Shown here one piece after another: positions 1 to 8,945 of a DNA stretch of 49,554 bases (the first letter of the stretch is position 1; every line of letters starts with the position of its first letter). Made by a program: the position numbers and the translations under genes. The stretch is from IMG/VR virus record IMGVR_UViG_2643221500_000001, positions 1-49,554 of that record, one strand, 5' to 3'. Below the pieces are notes generated by a model. That model did no database searches, was not told the DNA's origin, and saw only the letters and a list, made by a program, of their open reading frames with translations. The DNA comes from a virus.

Positions 1-52
1 TCGAATGGTGGGCGTGACAGGGATTGAACCTGTGACCCCTACGATGTCAACG
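1..52. repeat. attL: attL core: 52-bp direct repeat, identical copy at 49503-49554
   Basis: nt 1-52 equal nt 49503-49554 base for base. The repeat is the 3' part of a tRNA gene. A tyrosine integrase gene ends 72 bp away. Confidence 0.9.
6..52 (-). pseudogene. truncated 3' fragment of tRNA-Val(GAC), displaced copy
   Basis: The reverse complement reads CG|TTGACAT|CGTAG GGGTC ACAGG|TTCAATC|CCTGT CACGCCC A CCA. That is an anticodon loop with GAC, a variable loop, the T arm, the acceptor 3' strand and an encoded CCA. nt 53-90 cannot supply the anticodon-stem 5' strand, D arm or acceptor 5' strand. Confidence 0.75.
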
Positions 53-124
53 ACTTTCCCCATGCGGAAACGCCGTACCTACGGGGAAGGGAGAGCTTAA
101 TATTTTCCATTTACGCACCTACAT

Positions 125-1159
125 TCACTTTATGTTCTCTTTCGCAGGTTCACCTGTGACAGGGGGAACTACGTATAATCCCATCTCCAGTGCTTCAGCA
201 GCTTTCCGCAGATGATCCGGCGAATATTTAGCATAAACTCGCCGCGTGATGTTGGCATTTTTATGCCCCAGATATTGAGCTATTTCCTCCATTGGAACCC
301 CGGCCTCAGCCATCCAGACAGCGGACGTATGTCGAAAGACGTGGGCCGATATACCTTCAAGGCCCGCTTTCTCTGCCGCCGTGGCAATTCCCTTCTTCAG
401 GCTTTTCACCGGCTGGCCAGCCCATTCCACCACATAATCCGTCATGGCACCGTCTCGCGCGTCTTTCAGGGCGGCAAAGAGTGTTGCATTGATCGGGACG
501 ATTGCGCGCCCCTTTCTGCGAACCGTGTCATTCGGATCGCGAAGATGAATAAGCCGTCTGGTCATATCCACACGATCCCATGTCAACTCAAGAATAGCGG
601 TTACGCGGGCCGCTGTTGCCAGCATTAGGTGAAAGGCCAGACGCAAATGCGGCGTTCGGGCCTCCTCGATCATGCGGCGCGCTTCGTCGCGTGTCATAAA
701 TCGGTCTTTGGGTTCCGGCTTTTTCGGTCGCTCTATATGAGGTGCCTTGCCAATCAGCTTGTGTTTTTCGGCCCAGACAAGAACCATCCTGAGATGACCC
801 AGCTCGGTGTGAATTGTACCATCTGAAATTCCGCGCTTCCGACGTTCTGCAGTATGCGCACGGCAATCCTCAATCGTGATGCTTTCGCCGTCCCGACCTT
901 CAAACCGTGCCTTCAGAGCTTTCCAGGTATGCGTCATAGTGCCAACGATGGCGTGACCGGCCTTGTCGGCTAAATAATCACGCCAAAGGTCTGACACCTT
1001 CTGGCCTTGCGTGCGCGTTACCTCTGCATAGATTGCTGGCGCAAGGAGATAAGCTTGGCGCGCGTCATCGGTTCCGAGTGAATAGCGGCGCCTCTTTCCA
1101 TTCCGTTCGAACGTGAGGGCGTATTTTCCTCGTAGTCGGGTAATTCTCCATTCTGACAT
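125..1159 (-). CDS. int: tyrosine recombinase / phage integrase
   Basis: 344-aa ORF. C-terminal catalytic region AHVFRHTSAVWMAEAG..LGH..RRVYAKY is typical of phage integrases. N-terminus WRITRLRGKYALTFERNGKRRRYSLGT resembles arm-binding N-termini. SD GAGAGG lies 5 nt upstream. The gene is adjacent to att. Confidence 0.95.
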   Translation of the reverse strand: MSEWRITRLRGKYALTFERNGKRRRYSLGTDDARQAYLLAPAIYAEVTRTQGQKVSDLWRDYLADKAGHAIVGTMTHTWKALKARFEGRDGESITIEDCRAHTAERRKRGISDGTIHTELGHLRMVLVWAEKHKLIGKAPHIERPKKPEPKDRFMTRDEARRMIEEARTPHLRLAFHLMLATAARVTAILELTWDRVDMTRRLIHLRDPNDTVRRKGRAIVPINATLFAALKDARDGAMTDYVVEWAGQPVKSLKKGIATAAEKAGLEGISAHVFRHTSAVWMAEAGVPMEEIAQYLGHKNANITRRVYAKYSPDHLRKAAEALEMGLYVVPPVTGEPAKENIK

Positions 1160-1311
1160 TCGAACCTCTCAACGTCACTAGCCTTGATGCGAAACAGTTT
1201 GCCACCCAGACGGAAAGCACCAAGCTTCCCGTCTTTGATGAGCGATCGAACATGTTTCTCTGAGCATTCCCACCGCTTGGCGAGAGTGGCAGGCGTAAAC
1301 AGCGCCTCCAT
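1018..1311 (-). CDS. xis: excisionase-family HTH DNA-binding protein
   Basis: N-terminal ATLAKRWECSEKHVRSLIKDGKLGAFRLGGKLFRIKASDVERFE matches the excisionase/MerR-like HTH pattern. GGAGG lies 6 nt upstream. It sits directly upstream of int. The last 47 codons overlap int in another frame. Confidence 0.7.
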   Translation of the reverse strand: MEALFTPATLAKRWECSEKHVRSLIKDGKLGAFRLGGKLFRIKASDVERFECQNGELPDYEENTPSRSNGMERGAAIHSEPMTRAKLISLRQQSMQR

Positions 1312-1397
1312 TATTCACCTCCATGTTGGTTTGAAAAGTGATTTGTTCTTTTTTTGTTCTCAATATAAGACAGCCAGCCTGAACAGGGAGAATTGAC

Positions 1398-1637
1398 ATG
1401 TCTCGATTTAAAACGGTCCGCAATCCGGCTCTTACCGAAGCTGAGAAGCAGCAAATCTTGTCGAGGTTGATTGCGTTGAAAGAGCTTATGAACGGCTGTA
1501 CCGCCAATCTGGAGATAGGCTGCGAAGATTATAAGCTGCTTGACCACCTTGGCCGGGAAGTCATGACAGCCGGTGAAACCATCGCGAAGTCTCGGTTTTG
1601 GGGTAAGCCTGAAATGCATAAAATTGGCGGGAAGTAG
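1398..1637 (+). CDS. hypothetical protein (lone plus-strand gene beside xis)
   Basis: 79-aa ORF with SD AGGGAG 6 nt upstream. Composition is protein-like. No family recognised. Confidence 0.45.
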   Translation: MSRFKTVRNPALTEAEKQQILSRLIALKELMNGCTANLEIGCEDYKLLDHLGREVMTAGETIAKSRFWGKPEMHKIGGK

Positions 1638-1645
1638 CCTCATCC

Positions 1646-1861
1646 TCACTCCCTTTCCCGCAGTGCGGCGCGGCCTTCAAGACGATCCATGCGCGCAATG
1701 AGTTTGTCGATTTTGGCTTCTAAGCGCTCAGCGGTCGATTGTGTGCCGCCTTTGCAGTGACATTCTGCATGGTCGCCATTGATGGCGCGGTTCCAGCAAC
1801 CGGGATGTAGAAAACGACCACCTGGCACGTCTGGGTCAATTATCCATCGGCAACGGCTCAT
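1646..1861 (-). CDS. hypothetical protein (Cys/His-rich N-terminus, coiled-coil C-terminus)
   Basis: 71-aa ORF, last gene of the leftward operon. It has a 4-nt overlap with the upstream gene. Confidence 0.5.
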   Translation of the reverse strand: MSRCRWIIDPDVPGGRFLHPGCWNRAINGDHAECHCKGGTQSTAERLEAKIDKLIARMDRLEGRAALRERE

Positions 1862-2094
1862 TCGGAACCGCCTTTCAGGGCTAGGCGACCGGCAGTCGTC
1901 AGCGTTGCATAGTTGCCGTCTGATGTTTCAATGACCTCGACCAGACCAAGACTTTGAAAGCGCTTAACCGTTTCAACGTCGTGCTGATCGCCTTCATCGC
2001 CAAGGTATATTATGGCTAGGTCAAGACGTTCATCGCGGGTCAGCTTCATTCGCTCTGCTCCCCAAGTGCGGATGCTTTCAGCATGGCGCGCCAA
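1858..2094 (-). CDS. hypothetical protein
   Basis: 78-aa ORF packed in the leftward operon. Confidence 0.55.
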   Translation of the reverse strand: MARHAESIRTWGAERMKLTRDERLDLAIIYLGDEGDQHDVETVKRFQSLGLVEVIETSDGNYATLTTAGRLALKGGSE

Positions 2095-2369
2095 TAGTCG
2101 CTGTAGGTGACAAAATCAGTTACGCGGTCCTCTTTTTCAGCAGCACTAAGCATCGCCTTGCTAGGCTCCTGTAGAGCGGAGAAGATGGTGGAGATTGCGG
2201 CTTGTGCAGCGGACAAGCACAGCTTTCGTTCCACGTCATTAATCTGTTGCCAGCGAATATCGCGAAGCTGATCCAACGTGAATAGCGATCCTTCCGTTAC
2301 AGGGCGGAATGGTCCGTTGATGGCCTTTGCCACCCTCTCGACAAGCGCTTCGTGTTCCTTACTCGGCAT
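2046..2369 (-). CDS. hypothetical protein
   Basis: Internal ATG at 2369 (MPSKEHEALV..) is preceded by AGGAGG. The longer 2489 start overlaps the upstream gene. Confidence 0.6.
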   Translation of the reverse strand: MPSKEHEALVERVAKAINGPFRPVTEGSLFTLDQLRDIRWQQINDVERKLCLSAAQAAISTIFSALQEPSKAMLSAAEKEDRVTDFVTYSDYWRAMLKASALGEQSE

Positions 2370-2574
2370 TGCTGGCCTCCTGATCGCTCTTGTGCATGTA
2401 TTTTCGTACGTGGAAGCGTTGTGCGGATATTTCACGTGCCGCCTGATAGAAGCAGGCTCGTTCCTTCGGGATTGCGTGGACTTCCGCAAAATTCTCGACC
2501 ATGCGCACTAGTCGGAAGATTTCCAAGTCCAGTTTGTCAGCAACAATTTGTCGGGTTGTTCGAGTGTCAGCCAC
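2359..2574 (-). CDS. hypothetical protein
   Basis: 71-aa ORF with short overlaps to both neighbours, in operon context. Confidence 0.55.
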   Translation of the reverse strand: MADTRTTRQIVADKLDLEIFRLVRMVENFAEVHAIPKERACFYQAAREISAQRFHVRKYMHKSDQEASNAE

Positions 2575-2959
2575 GGGCCGCCTCCTTTGCGCGCAAGAGG
2601 GCGATGCAGAGGGCGATGGCTCCAGCCGAAGGGTGATCCGCCGAGTGGCCTACAATTTCGCCATCTATCGCGGTCGATATGGTGGCGTGCCAGTAGCGAT
2701 GATGCACATTTTGCCCAACGCTTGGCACCCACCCCGGCAACACCCTCTCAGCCAGCGCTATAGCGGCGTCTACAGATGACGTCACATACAAGGCTGATGA
2801 AACATCACCATTCGGGAAATTATACATCCAGCACCCTTGACCGAGAGGAGCATCGGCCAGTTGCGAGAAAAACTTTCCATCGCAGAGCAGATCGTGGATT
2901 TCTTCATCCCCTTCCCTGTCAGGCGCGTCTAGCTTGGAGAGGCGGTCAACAAGAGCCAT
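2567..2959 (-). CDS. hypothetical protein
   Basis: ATG at 2959 (MALVDRLSKLD..) has GGAGG 7 nt upstream. Alternative in-frame starts at 3016 and 3076 lack a good SD. Confidence 0.55.
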   Translation of the reverse strand: MALVDRLSKLDAPDREGDEEIHDLLCDGKFFSQLADAPLGQGCWMYNFPNGDVSSALYVTSSVDAAIALAERVLPGWVPSVGQNVHHRYWHATISTAIDGEIVGHSADHPSAGAIALCIALLRAKEAARG

Positions 2960-3103
2960 CGCAGGGCCTCCATCCGCAATTTCCGCATTGTTTTGGCGAG
3001 TAGCTGCACTGTTCATATGCGTCACCGTCCACTGTTGGTTCGTCGCAATCCGGGCACTTGCCGTTGATCTCTTCACATCGGTATTCGGTTGAAGCGCAGC
3101 ACA

Positions 3104-3832
3104 TCATGACGGCTTCCCTCCCAGCGCTGCGCGGGCTGTTGCGCCACCATCAGCATCAAGAGACGCACGAAACTTATCGCCGTCAGCCCCTATCTTCCGA
3201 CAACCAGAAACCTGCTTGGCGTAGAACTCCAGCGCCTTTTCAGCCGCCGCGAGCTTGGCTTCGAGTTCCTTGTTTCGTTGCTGATGATCTTCGCGTAGTT
3301 CCGTCTCTGTCTTAACCCGCGCAGTCAGCGCCGCGTTGTCGGCTTTTATTGTTTCTATATGTTCTTCGTAAGCCTTTTGTACGTTGCCGAATTTTCGCAA
3401 CGTTTCGTCCTTCGCCGCGTTGTCGGCTTCGAGCTTGCTTACTCGCTCAGCTTCAATAGCGGCCTTCTCCATCCATATGCGTTTATCCGCCCGTTCCGCC
3501 GCCAATAGCTCCACAGCCTGCGAGCGGGTGACGACAGCAACAGCTCCAGAAGCGCAAGATTTCGGGTAAAGACGACTAATCCCCAGTTGTTGGTAGTCCA
3601 AACCCATGTCGTATTCGGATGGCGCGTAGCCCACCGTCACCAACTCCTCGCACTTGCCGGTAGCATCCGGCGATACGGGAGCAACGGGGGTGGCCCAAGC
3701 TGCAATCGCCTTGTCAAAGCAATCGCTCACGTTCTGCTCTATTTCGTTCGACATGCCGTGTGCCCAATGAACACCTTCGGGCGTGTCAAACCATGCTCGC
3801 AGGAAGGCTTCTTTGCGTTCTTCACTTGCCAT
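3104..3832 (-). CDS. hypothetical coiled-coil protein
   Basis: ATG at 3832 (MASEERKEAF..) is preceded by AGGAGG. The C-terminal half is a long heptad-like E/K/A-rich region. Confidence 0.65.
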   Translation of the reverse strand: MASEERKEAFLRAWFDTPEGVHWAHGMSNEIEQNVSDCFDKAIAAWATPVAPVSPDATGKCEELVTVGYAPSEYDMGLDYQQLGISRLYPKSCASGAVAVVTRSQAVELLAAERADKRIWMEKAAIEAERVSKLEADNAAKDETLRKFGNVQKAYEEHIETIKADNAALTARVKTETELREDHQQRNKELEAKLAAAEKALEFYAKQVSGCRKIGADGDKFRASLDADGGATARAALGGKPS

Positions 3833-4067
3833 GACGGTCGCCTCCTGATGGGAGGGTGGCAGGAAACTGCACGGTTGCGATACACGGCATCCGGTCATCG
3901 GCTGTCATGTCTCCCCAGCGTGCCAAGCCCAAGGAAATAAGTTTGCCGACAACGGAGGGGTGCGCGCCCTGAATGCGCCACGCGCCGTATCCGAACTTCT
4001 GCTGATAAACCTTGCCATCGCAAATCAGGTGCAGCGTTTCAGTCTGTTTTGGTGTGAGCTTGCTCAT
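3822..4067 (-). CDS. hypothetical protein
   Basis: 81-aa ORF with GGAGG upstream, in operon context. Confidence 0.55.
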   Translation of the reverse strand: MSKLTPKQTETLHLICDGKVYQQKFGYGAWRIQGAHPSVVGKLISLGLARWGDMTADDRMPCIATVQFPATLPSGGDRHGK

Positions 4068-4813
4068 GATCCCGCCACCTCCTGAGAAGGTGCAGATGGG
4101 AGAGGATCAGGTTCGTTCTCGTATGGAACCCGTTCCCCGAAAGGCTCAAGGGCCTTATCTAGATTGTATTCTTCATCTTCTGGAATAACTCCCGTATCGA
4201 ACGCCTCACGCGCTGCGATGACGAGATTAATCACATCCTGCGGCAGATGTTCCCCCTCGACCTTACCGGCGTCGGCATGGTCCGGGGAGGATAGGGCGCG
4301 GATGGCGGTGGCGACATGGGAACATGCAATAGCCATCGTCTCATAATCGCGTGCTTCCTTTTTGTTGGCGGTTACATCACGCTTTTCCAGCCAAGCCGCG
4401 TTGCCCCTGTCAGCAAGCTTCGCCGCTTCCTCTAGCACAGCCGCTCTGCCAGCGGACGGCTCAAGCGCGGAGAGGATGCGAGCGGAATAATCGGCCTGCG
4501 CTGCTGCTTTGGCGACTTCTAGATCAGAAAACCATTCGCGACCGTAAGTCCACCCTTCGCCCTTCTGCCCATTGAATGACTTGATGACTTCGTGCTTTTT
4601 ACCGAGCAAATCGATGGCAATGAACCACAAGCCGTCGCGACCAGCTTCATTTGGTGCTGCCGTCCACTCCAGCTTCTTCACACTCACCCATTGCGGTAGG
4701 CGAGGCAATGCGGCGGTGAGGATAAGCTCCACAGCAGGGGCGGGCACGAGCCATCGACTTTCCCTAAGCGCCATTGCTACAGCATTCTTGACTTCTTCCG
4801 GTACTGTGGTCAT
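4064..4813 (-). CDS. hypothetical protein
   Basis: 249-aa ORF with 4-nt start/stop overlaps on both sides. Confidence 0.7.
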   Translation of the reverse strand: MTTVPEEVKNAVAMALRESRWLVPAPAVELILTAALPRLPQWVSVKKLEWTAAPNEAGRDGLWFIAIDLLGKKHEVIKSFNGQKGEGWTYGREWFSDLEVAKAAAQADYSARILSALEPSAGRAAVLEEAAKLADRGNAAWLEKRDVTANKKEARDYETMAIACSHVATAIRALSSPDHADAGKVEGEHLPQDVINLVIAAREAFDTGVIPEDEEYNLDKALEPFGERVPYENEPDPLPSAPSQEVAGS

Positions 4814-5214
4814 GGCTGGACCTCCAATCTGCTTCGGATAATTGAGAGTTCGCGAGCGTATTCACGGCACTTGGCCCATAGGTGCGCTAGGTGAGCATCG
4901 CGGGATGTTTCGAAGAGTGGACCGCGCTGGATACTGTCGGTCCATTTTTCATCGTCACGAGAGAACTCCCATGCCTTCCAGGTGCGTCCCTCTGCTTTCC
5001 TGATGAAGACGTGATCCACGGTCCATCCGTGGAAGCACCAATATTCACCCGGTACAGGCTCGCCAGTGAGGCGGTCGTATGGCCCCCACTCAAACGGCAC
5101 GGGTGTCGGGTCCGGCTCACTCGGCCATGACAAGGCTGAGCGTTCCAGTTCCTTTTCGATGCTGTCTTTTGCCCACTGTGGGATTTTGGCTTCGCGCCAG
5201 TTGCGTTCGGTCAT
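4810..5214 (-). CDS. hypothetical protein
   Basis: 134-aa ORF with 4-nt overlaps on both sides. Confidence 0.7.
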   Translation of the reverse strand: MTERNWREAKIPQWAKDSIEKELERSALSWPSEPDPTPVPFEWGPYDRLTGEPVPGEYWCFHGWTVDHVFIRKAEGRTWKAWEFSRDDEKWTDSIQRGPLFETSRDAHLAHLWAKCREYARELSIIRSRLEVQP

Positions 5215-5633
5215 GCTCGCGCACCTTCGCTAACAGGGCGACCGAATATGTCGCGCTTACGGGGAGGGAGGGGCTTGGAAAGGGCTTTGGAAGGTTTAGC
5301 TGCCTTGGCAAAACCAGCCGACTTGATCGCACCCTTGGGCCGGACAATGCCTTTTGCCTTATCGCTCTGGCGCTTTGTCTTGGCGGCGCGTGGTGTATCG
5401 AGATTTGCTGTTTTCCAGCGGTGACAGCGTAGGCACACAGCCTTACAATTCTCAATGCTGTTATCACCACCGTTAGACGCGGCAAGTTCATGGTCAAACT
5501 CAACGCCATTGCTAAGCGGGATCGAGCAACGCTGCCCTTCTTCCAAGCCATAGAGCGGGCCGGATGCCTCGCAGCGCATCTGCGAACGTTCGAGAGCCTG
5601 CCTCTTGGTGTTTTTGCTAAACTCCTTACGCAT
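5211..5633 (-). CDS. HNH endonuclease
   Basis: Motif FDHELAASNGGDNSIENCKAVCLRCHRWKT (H-N-H with CxxC). ATG at 5633 is preceded by GGAGG. Confidence 0.85.
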   Translation of the reverse strand: MRKEFSKNTKRQALERSQMRCEASGPLYGLEEGQRCSIPLSNGVEFDHELAASNGGDNSIENCKAVCLRCHRWKTANLDTPRAAKTKRQSDKAKGIVRPKGAIKSAGFAKAAKPSKALSKPLPPRKRDIFGRPVSEGARA

Positions 5634-5802
5634 GGCTTGCCTCCGAAAAGTCAGAGAGTGAAAGCACGATATCGAGATGCAGGGCGCATTCACGATCAAA
5701 GGGGCCGCGAACTTCCTGTTCAAGCTGCTTAGTCTTTTCAGCTTTCACAGTGTCATATGGACGGCTGCGGTAATGTGCAGAAATAAGAAGGGGCTTGCTC
5801 AT
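5626..5802 (-). CDS. hypothetical small protein
   Basis: 58-aa ORF from ATG 5802 with AGGAG 8 nt upstream. ATGA overlap with the ninB-like stop. Confidence 0.45.
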   Translation of the reverse strand: MSKPLLISAHYRSRPYDTVKAEKTKQLEQEVRGPFDRECALHLDIVLSLSDFSEASHA

Positions 5803-6227
5803 GCTGCTTGCTCCTGTAGGAAGCCTTGGCGGCGTGTGTCGTAAAGGGTGATCCCGTGATCCGCACACCAAGCGAGCGCGTATTCGATCAGCGACGATGC
5901 GCGGGCGACCGACATGCGGGCAGTGCTTTCACGGATATTGATGAATTCGCCTTCGAGGCCGGGAACAATCTCGACCTTCTGATTGGTGGCGACGGCATGC
6001 CCAGATACCAGAAGGACTTTCCATTCTTCCGGCTTGCGAGCTTTGCCAGCCCACTCGAAACCAGACTTGGCAATGTCTGTGCAGATCGCATGAAACATCG
6101 CATTCTGGTCAACGCTACGCGTAGGCGGCGCAAACGTGGCCGTGAAGCCGTCAGGTGTGGCGAAGAGAGCCTGAACCGCATTCTGTCGTATGCGTGGGTT
6201 GACGAGTATGAAGCACTGCTTTTCCAT
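5799..6227 (-). CDS. ninB: NinB/Orf-family recombination mediator
   Basis: RSVDQNAMFHAICTDIA and STARMSVARASSLIEYALAWC line up with lambda NinB RSLDQNRKLWACLGDVS and STSRMRVGEFAELLELIQAFG. Size is ~142 aa. It lies next to ssb. Confidence 0.8.
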   Translation of the reverse strand: MEKQCFILVNPRIRQNAVQALFATPDGFTATFAPPTRSVDQNAMFHAICTDIAKSGFEWAGKARKPEEWKVLLVSGHAVATNQKVEIVPGLEGEFINIRESTARMSVARASSLIEYALAWCADHGITLYDTRRQGFLQEQAA

Positions 6228-6235
6228 GGAGCGCC

Positions 6236-6691
6236 TCAAAATGGAATTTCGTCGTCAAGGTCGCGACTAAAGCCGCCCGACTGGTCGCCATACGACTGCC
6301 GTTCTTCCTGACGCTGACTGGATTGGTTGGAGCGCTCTCCTTGTGCGTCTAGCATCTGCAACTCGCCGCGGAACTTCTGCAGAACGACCTCCGTCGAATA
6401 ACGGTCATTGCCGTTCTGATCCTGCCACTTGCGGGTCTGGAGTGCGCCTTCGATGTAAACCTTGGCGCCTTTTTTCAGATATTGTTCCGCTACCTTGGCT
6501 AGGTTTTCGTTGAAAATGACGACGCTATGGAACTCGGATTTCTCTTTGCGTTCACCTGATTGTTTGTCGCGCCAAGTCTCGCTCGTAGCGATGCGCATAC
6601 TGACCACCGGCTCACCGCTATTCATCCGTCGAATGTCAGGATCGGCAGTGAGACGCCCAACGAGGATGACTTTATTGACCGTTCCCGACAT
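6236..6691 (-). CDS. ssb: single-stranded DNA-binding protein
   Basis: N-terminal OB fold [17 protein letters not shown]..., Gly/Gln-rich tail, C-terminal acidic tip DDEIPF. SD AAGGAAGGA. Confidence 0.95.
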   Translation of the reverse strand: MSGTVNKVILVGRLTADPDIRRMNSGEPVVSMRIATSETWRDKQSGERKEKSEFHSVVIFNENLAKVAEQYLKKGAKVYIEGALQTRKWQDQNGNDRYSTEVVLQKFRGELQMLDAQGERSNQSSQRQEERQSYGDQSGGFSRDLDDEIPF

Positions 6692-7124
6692 AGCTTCGTC
6701 CTTCCTTGATGGCTGTTACTGTGGCGTAGTTGACGTTCATGGTTTCGGAGACGACGCGAGGGCGAACGCCCGCCGCTAGTCGGCGGCGAATTTCCTGAAC
6801 CTGAGCTTCTTTGAGGTGCTTTCGATTGCCGCCTGCGCCACGACCTTTGAGCTTCATGTCGTTCATGTTTTCGGCGCGAGTGCCAAGAAATAGGTGATCT
6901 GGGTTTACGCAGGAGCGATTATCGCAGGTGTGGCAAACATCCATTCCATCAGGAATAGGGGCGACGAAAATCTCATATGCGCGCCGATGTGCTGGCCCTT
7001 GTGATGTGTGACCGTAACCATTTCCCTTACCGGCCCCGGTCCACTCCCAACACCGTTCCGGGTCCATGCCGTGCGTGTTCGCCTTTTGAAGGAAGGCCGT
7101 CACCTTATTGACTGATCCAGCCAT
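6672..7124 (-). CDS. HNH_3-type (homing-endonuclease-like) HNH nuclease with C-terminal HTH
   Basis: CWEWTG..GYGH...[22 protein letters not shown] motif. ATG 7124 follows GGAGG and overlaps the upstream stop (TAATG). Confidence 0.85.
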   Translation of the reverse strand: MAGSVNKVTAFLQKANTHGMDPERCWEWTGAGKGNGYGHTSQGPAHRRAYEIFVAPIPDGMDVCHTCDNRSCVNPDHLFLGTRAENMNDMKLKGRGAGGNRKHLKEAQVQEIRRRLAAGVRPRVVSETMNVNYATVTAIKEGRSYVGNGQ

Positions 7125-7786
7125 TATGCGGCCTCCTTCTGTGCTGCGAATTTCTTGAGGTGGCCGAGCCACGCGGCCTTGAATGTCTGGAAGTCAGCAT
7201 CAGAAAGGGCGTTGATTTCGCCTTCCTGCTTGGCTTTCCATTCAACGGACGCGGCATGCGTTTCTTGCCGAGCAAGATTGGAGAGCAATGCTTCCAGAGT
7301 TTGGGATGGCTCCTTTTTGCTGATAGGTTCGGGCTGCTTATGTCCGCGAACCAATGACCATGGGTCTTGCGTCCAGCGCTTCCACTGCTTCTTTCCGTTG
7401 TATTCCGTGCTCTCGCAGGGGACCCAAACGGCGTCTAAACTGTAGAGATAGCGACCGATGCCCCACTTGACGGCAGCGCGCTTGAAAGCGTCGGAGAGGC
7501 TACCCTTTTCGGCTTCTACGGCGGTGTCGCCAGCGCCATCAGCCTTAGTTACCCACTCTCCAGCAATGCGCAGGGAAAGGTAACAGATCGTCTTGGCACC
7601 ATGGACCTCATAGCGATCCTGCCAATTCTCAGGGCCAACCACTTCGTCAAGTCGGTCCTGAACATCGCGACTGTCGATATAGGCGAGGGCCAGCGCCTTG
7701 GACCCGTCCTTGGTTACAGTCTGGGCGCGCCAGCTAATGGCATTACGCGGAAACTCGGCGGCAAGGTTTTTGAAGGTGTCAGACAT
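7124..7786 (-). CDS. Rad52/22-family single-strand annealing protein
   Basis: Motif GSLSDAFKRAAVKWGIGRYLY is characteristic of phage Rad52-like SSAPs. It lies between the exonuclease and ssb. Confidence 0.8.
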   Translation of the reverse strand: MSDTFKNLAAEFPRNAISWRAQTVTKDGSKALALAYIDSRDVQDRLDEVVGPENWQDRYEVHGAKTICYLSLRIAGEWVTKADGAGDTAVEAEKGSLSDAFKRAAVKWGIGRYLYSLDAVWVPCESTEYNGKKQWKRWTQDPWSLVRGHKQPEPISKKEPSQTLEALLSNLARQETHAASVEWKAKQEGEINALSDADFQTFKAAWLGHLKKFAAQKEAA

Positions 7787-8748
7787 TATGCTGCCTTCCT
7801 CATATCGCTAATTGCGTCTTGAAGTTCTTCAGGGACGTCGAATGACCCGCCGTCTGAAAGGCGAGGATTAAGCAGCCAATCGAGATATGTGGCCGGGAGC
7901 TCGCTGATATGCTTTCCGGCGTGCTTCCCGAATGTGACATACCCTTGCGCGGCAAGACTTTCGGTTCCTGGCCCTACGAGTGCTTTAAGCCGACCGTCAA
8001 AAACTGCTTCATATGCATCTCGTGTCTCGTCGTCCCAGTAGAAGCTCTCCACATTCAGCGGCAGGGAGCGCAGAAGCGTTGTTCCGTCCTCGCACTTGGA
8101 GAGCGCCGTTTCGAGCGCCATGGCAGATCGGCGCATCAGATTTAGAACTGGATCATTGGGTTCTACGGAGAAGCACGCGAATTTCTTGGCGGTTACATAA
8201 ACGAGTGTTACCGGTTCATTGCGAGCCGTGGCATAGAGAGCCGCCTGCCATCGATGAGACAACGAAGCGCTATCAATTGATGATGGGCATCGCGTCGTGG
8301 TCTTTAATTCGATGATCGATTTGTCTTCGAAAAGGAAGTCGATCTTGCCGTAAACTGGCACTGACACGTCATCAATGAAGTGCTCGACACCAAACTGCGA
8401 AGCCATGACGTTCGATGATCTATCCGAGCAAGCCAATACAGCCTGTTCAACCATTTCCGGAACGTCTTCGACTGCCTTTTCTGCTTCCTCGGAAACTTCG
8501 CCAGCCGCACGCTGCCAGAACGTATCTACGGCGAGCATCTTTGCATTGGCCAAAGCGTCTTCACGGGTTTTGTTGTAGAGCCAGAACTGTAATCCTGCTT
8601 CGACAGCATCACCGCGCCACATGTTCGGAGTTGCTTTGCCCTTCACACCAAATACGCGGCGCAAGATAAGGGTGGCAGGAGCGCTGTCCCACTGCGAAAT
8701 CATTGTCGGGGAGATAGACCGGATATTAAAGCGCTCGAAGGGGTTCAT
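7786..8748 (-). CDS. PD-(D/E)XK exonuclease with C-terminal DUF3820-like domain
   Basis: GKIDFLFEDKSIIELKTT matches the D...ExK nuclease motif. C-terminal FGKHAGKHISELPATYLDWLL resembles DUF3820. The ATG at 8748 has an AAGGAAAGGA SD. Confidence 0.8.
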   Translation of the reverse strand: MNPFERFNIRSISPTMISQWDSAPATLILRRVFGVKGKATPNMWRGDAVEAGLQFWLYNKTREDALANAKMLAVDTFWQRAAGEVSEEAEKAVEDVPEMVEQAVLACSDRSSNVMASQFGVEHFIDDVSVPVYGKIDFLFEDKSIIELKTTTRCPSSIDSASLSHRWQAALYATARNEPVTLVYVTAKKFACFSVEPNDPVLNLMRRSAMALETALSKCEDGTTLLRSLPLNVESFYWDDETRDAYEAVFDGRLKALVGPGTESLAAQGYVTFGKHAGKHISELPATYLDWLLNPRLSDGGSFDVPEELQDAISDMRKAA

Positions 8749-8945
8749 GCTGCAGTCCTTTCCTTCTTGGCGATACGCAGATTGTTCCAAGCCTTGTCCC
8801 GTTCTTCCCAGTAGTAAGCCCACCATTTGCGAGCGAGGTCAGGACAACGGGACGCCTCTTCATCGATGGCGACAGAGCGGCAGTAGTTCGCCGTGTTCCG
8901 GCTCTTTCTCGCTGCTGTGAGATAGATTTCAGCGCGGGGCGTCAT
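8745..8945 (-). CDS. hypothetical protein
   Basis: 66-aa ORF with ATGA overlaps on both sides. Confidence 0.5.
   Translation of the reverse strand: MTPRAEIYLTAARKSRNTANYCRSVAIDEEASRCPDLARKWWAYYWEERDKAWNNLRIAKKERTAA

Noticed and set aside
1-90. Left att copy as a complete tRNA gene
   Set aside because: Beyond nt 52 the sequence (reverse complement ...GCATGGGGAAAGT) cannot pair with CGTAG to close the anticodon stem. No D arm or GGGCGTG acceptor 5' strand is present.
1342-1360. Direct repeat TTTGTTCT x2 (11-bp spacing) between xis and the 1398 gene as Xis/Int binding sites
   Set aside because: There are only two short AT-rich copies in an AT-rich promoter region. That is too little evidence to separate from chance.
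5117-5551. 144-aa minus-strand ORF in an alternative frame over the HNH gene
   Set aside because: The overlapping frame (5211-5633) contains a complete HNH motif and a GGAGG-led start. This frame is Arg/Leu/Ser-rich with no motif.
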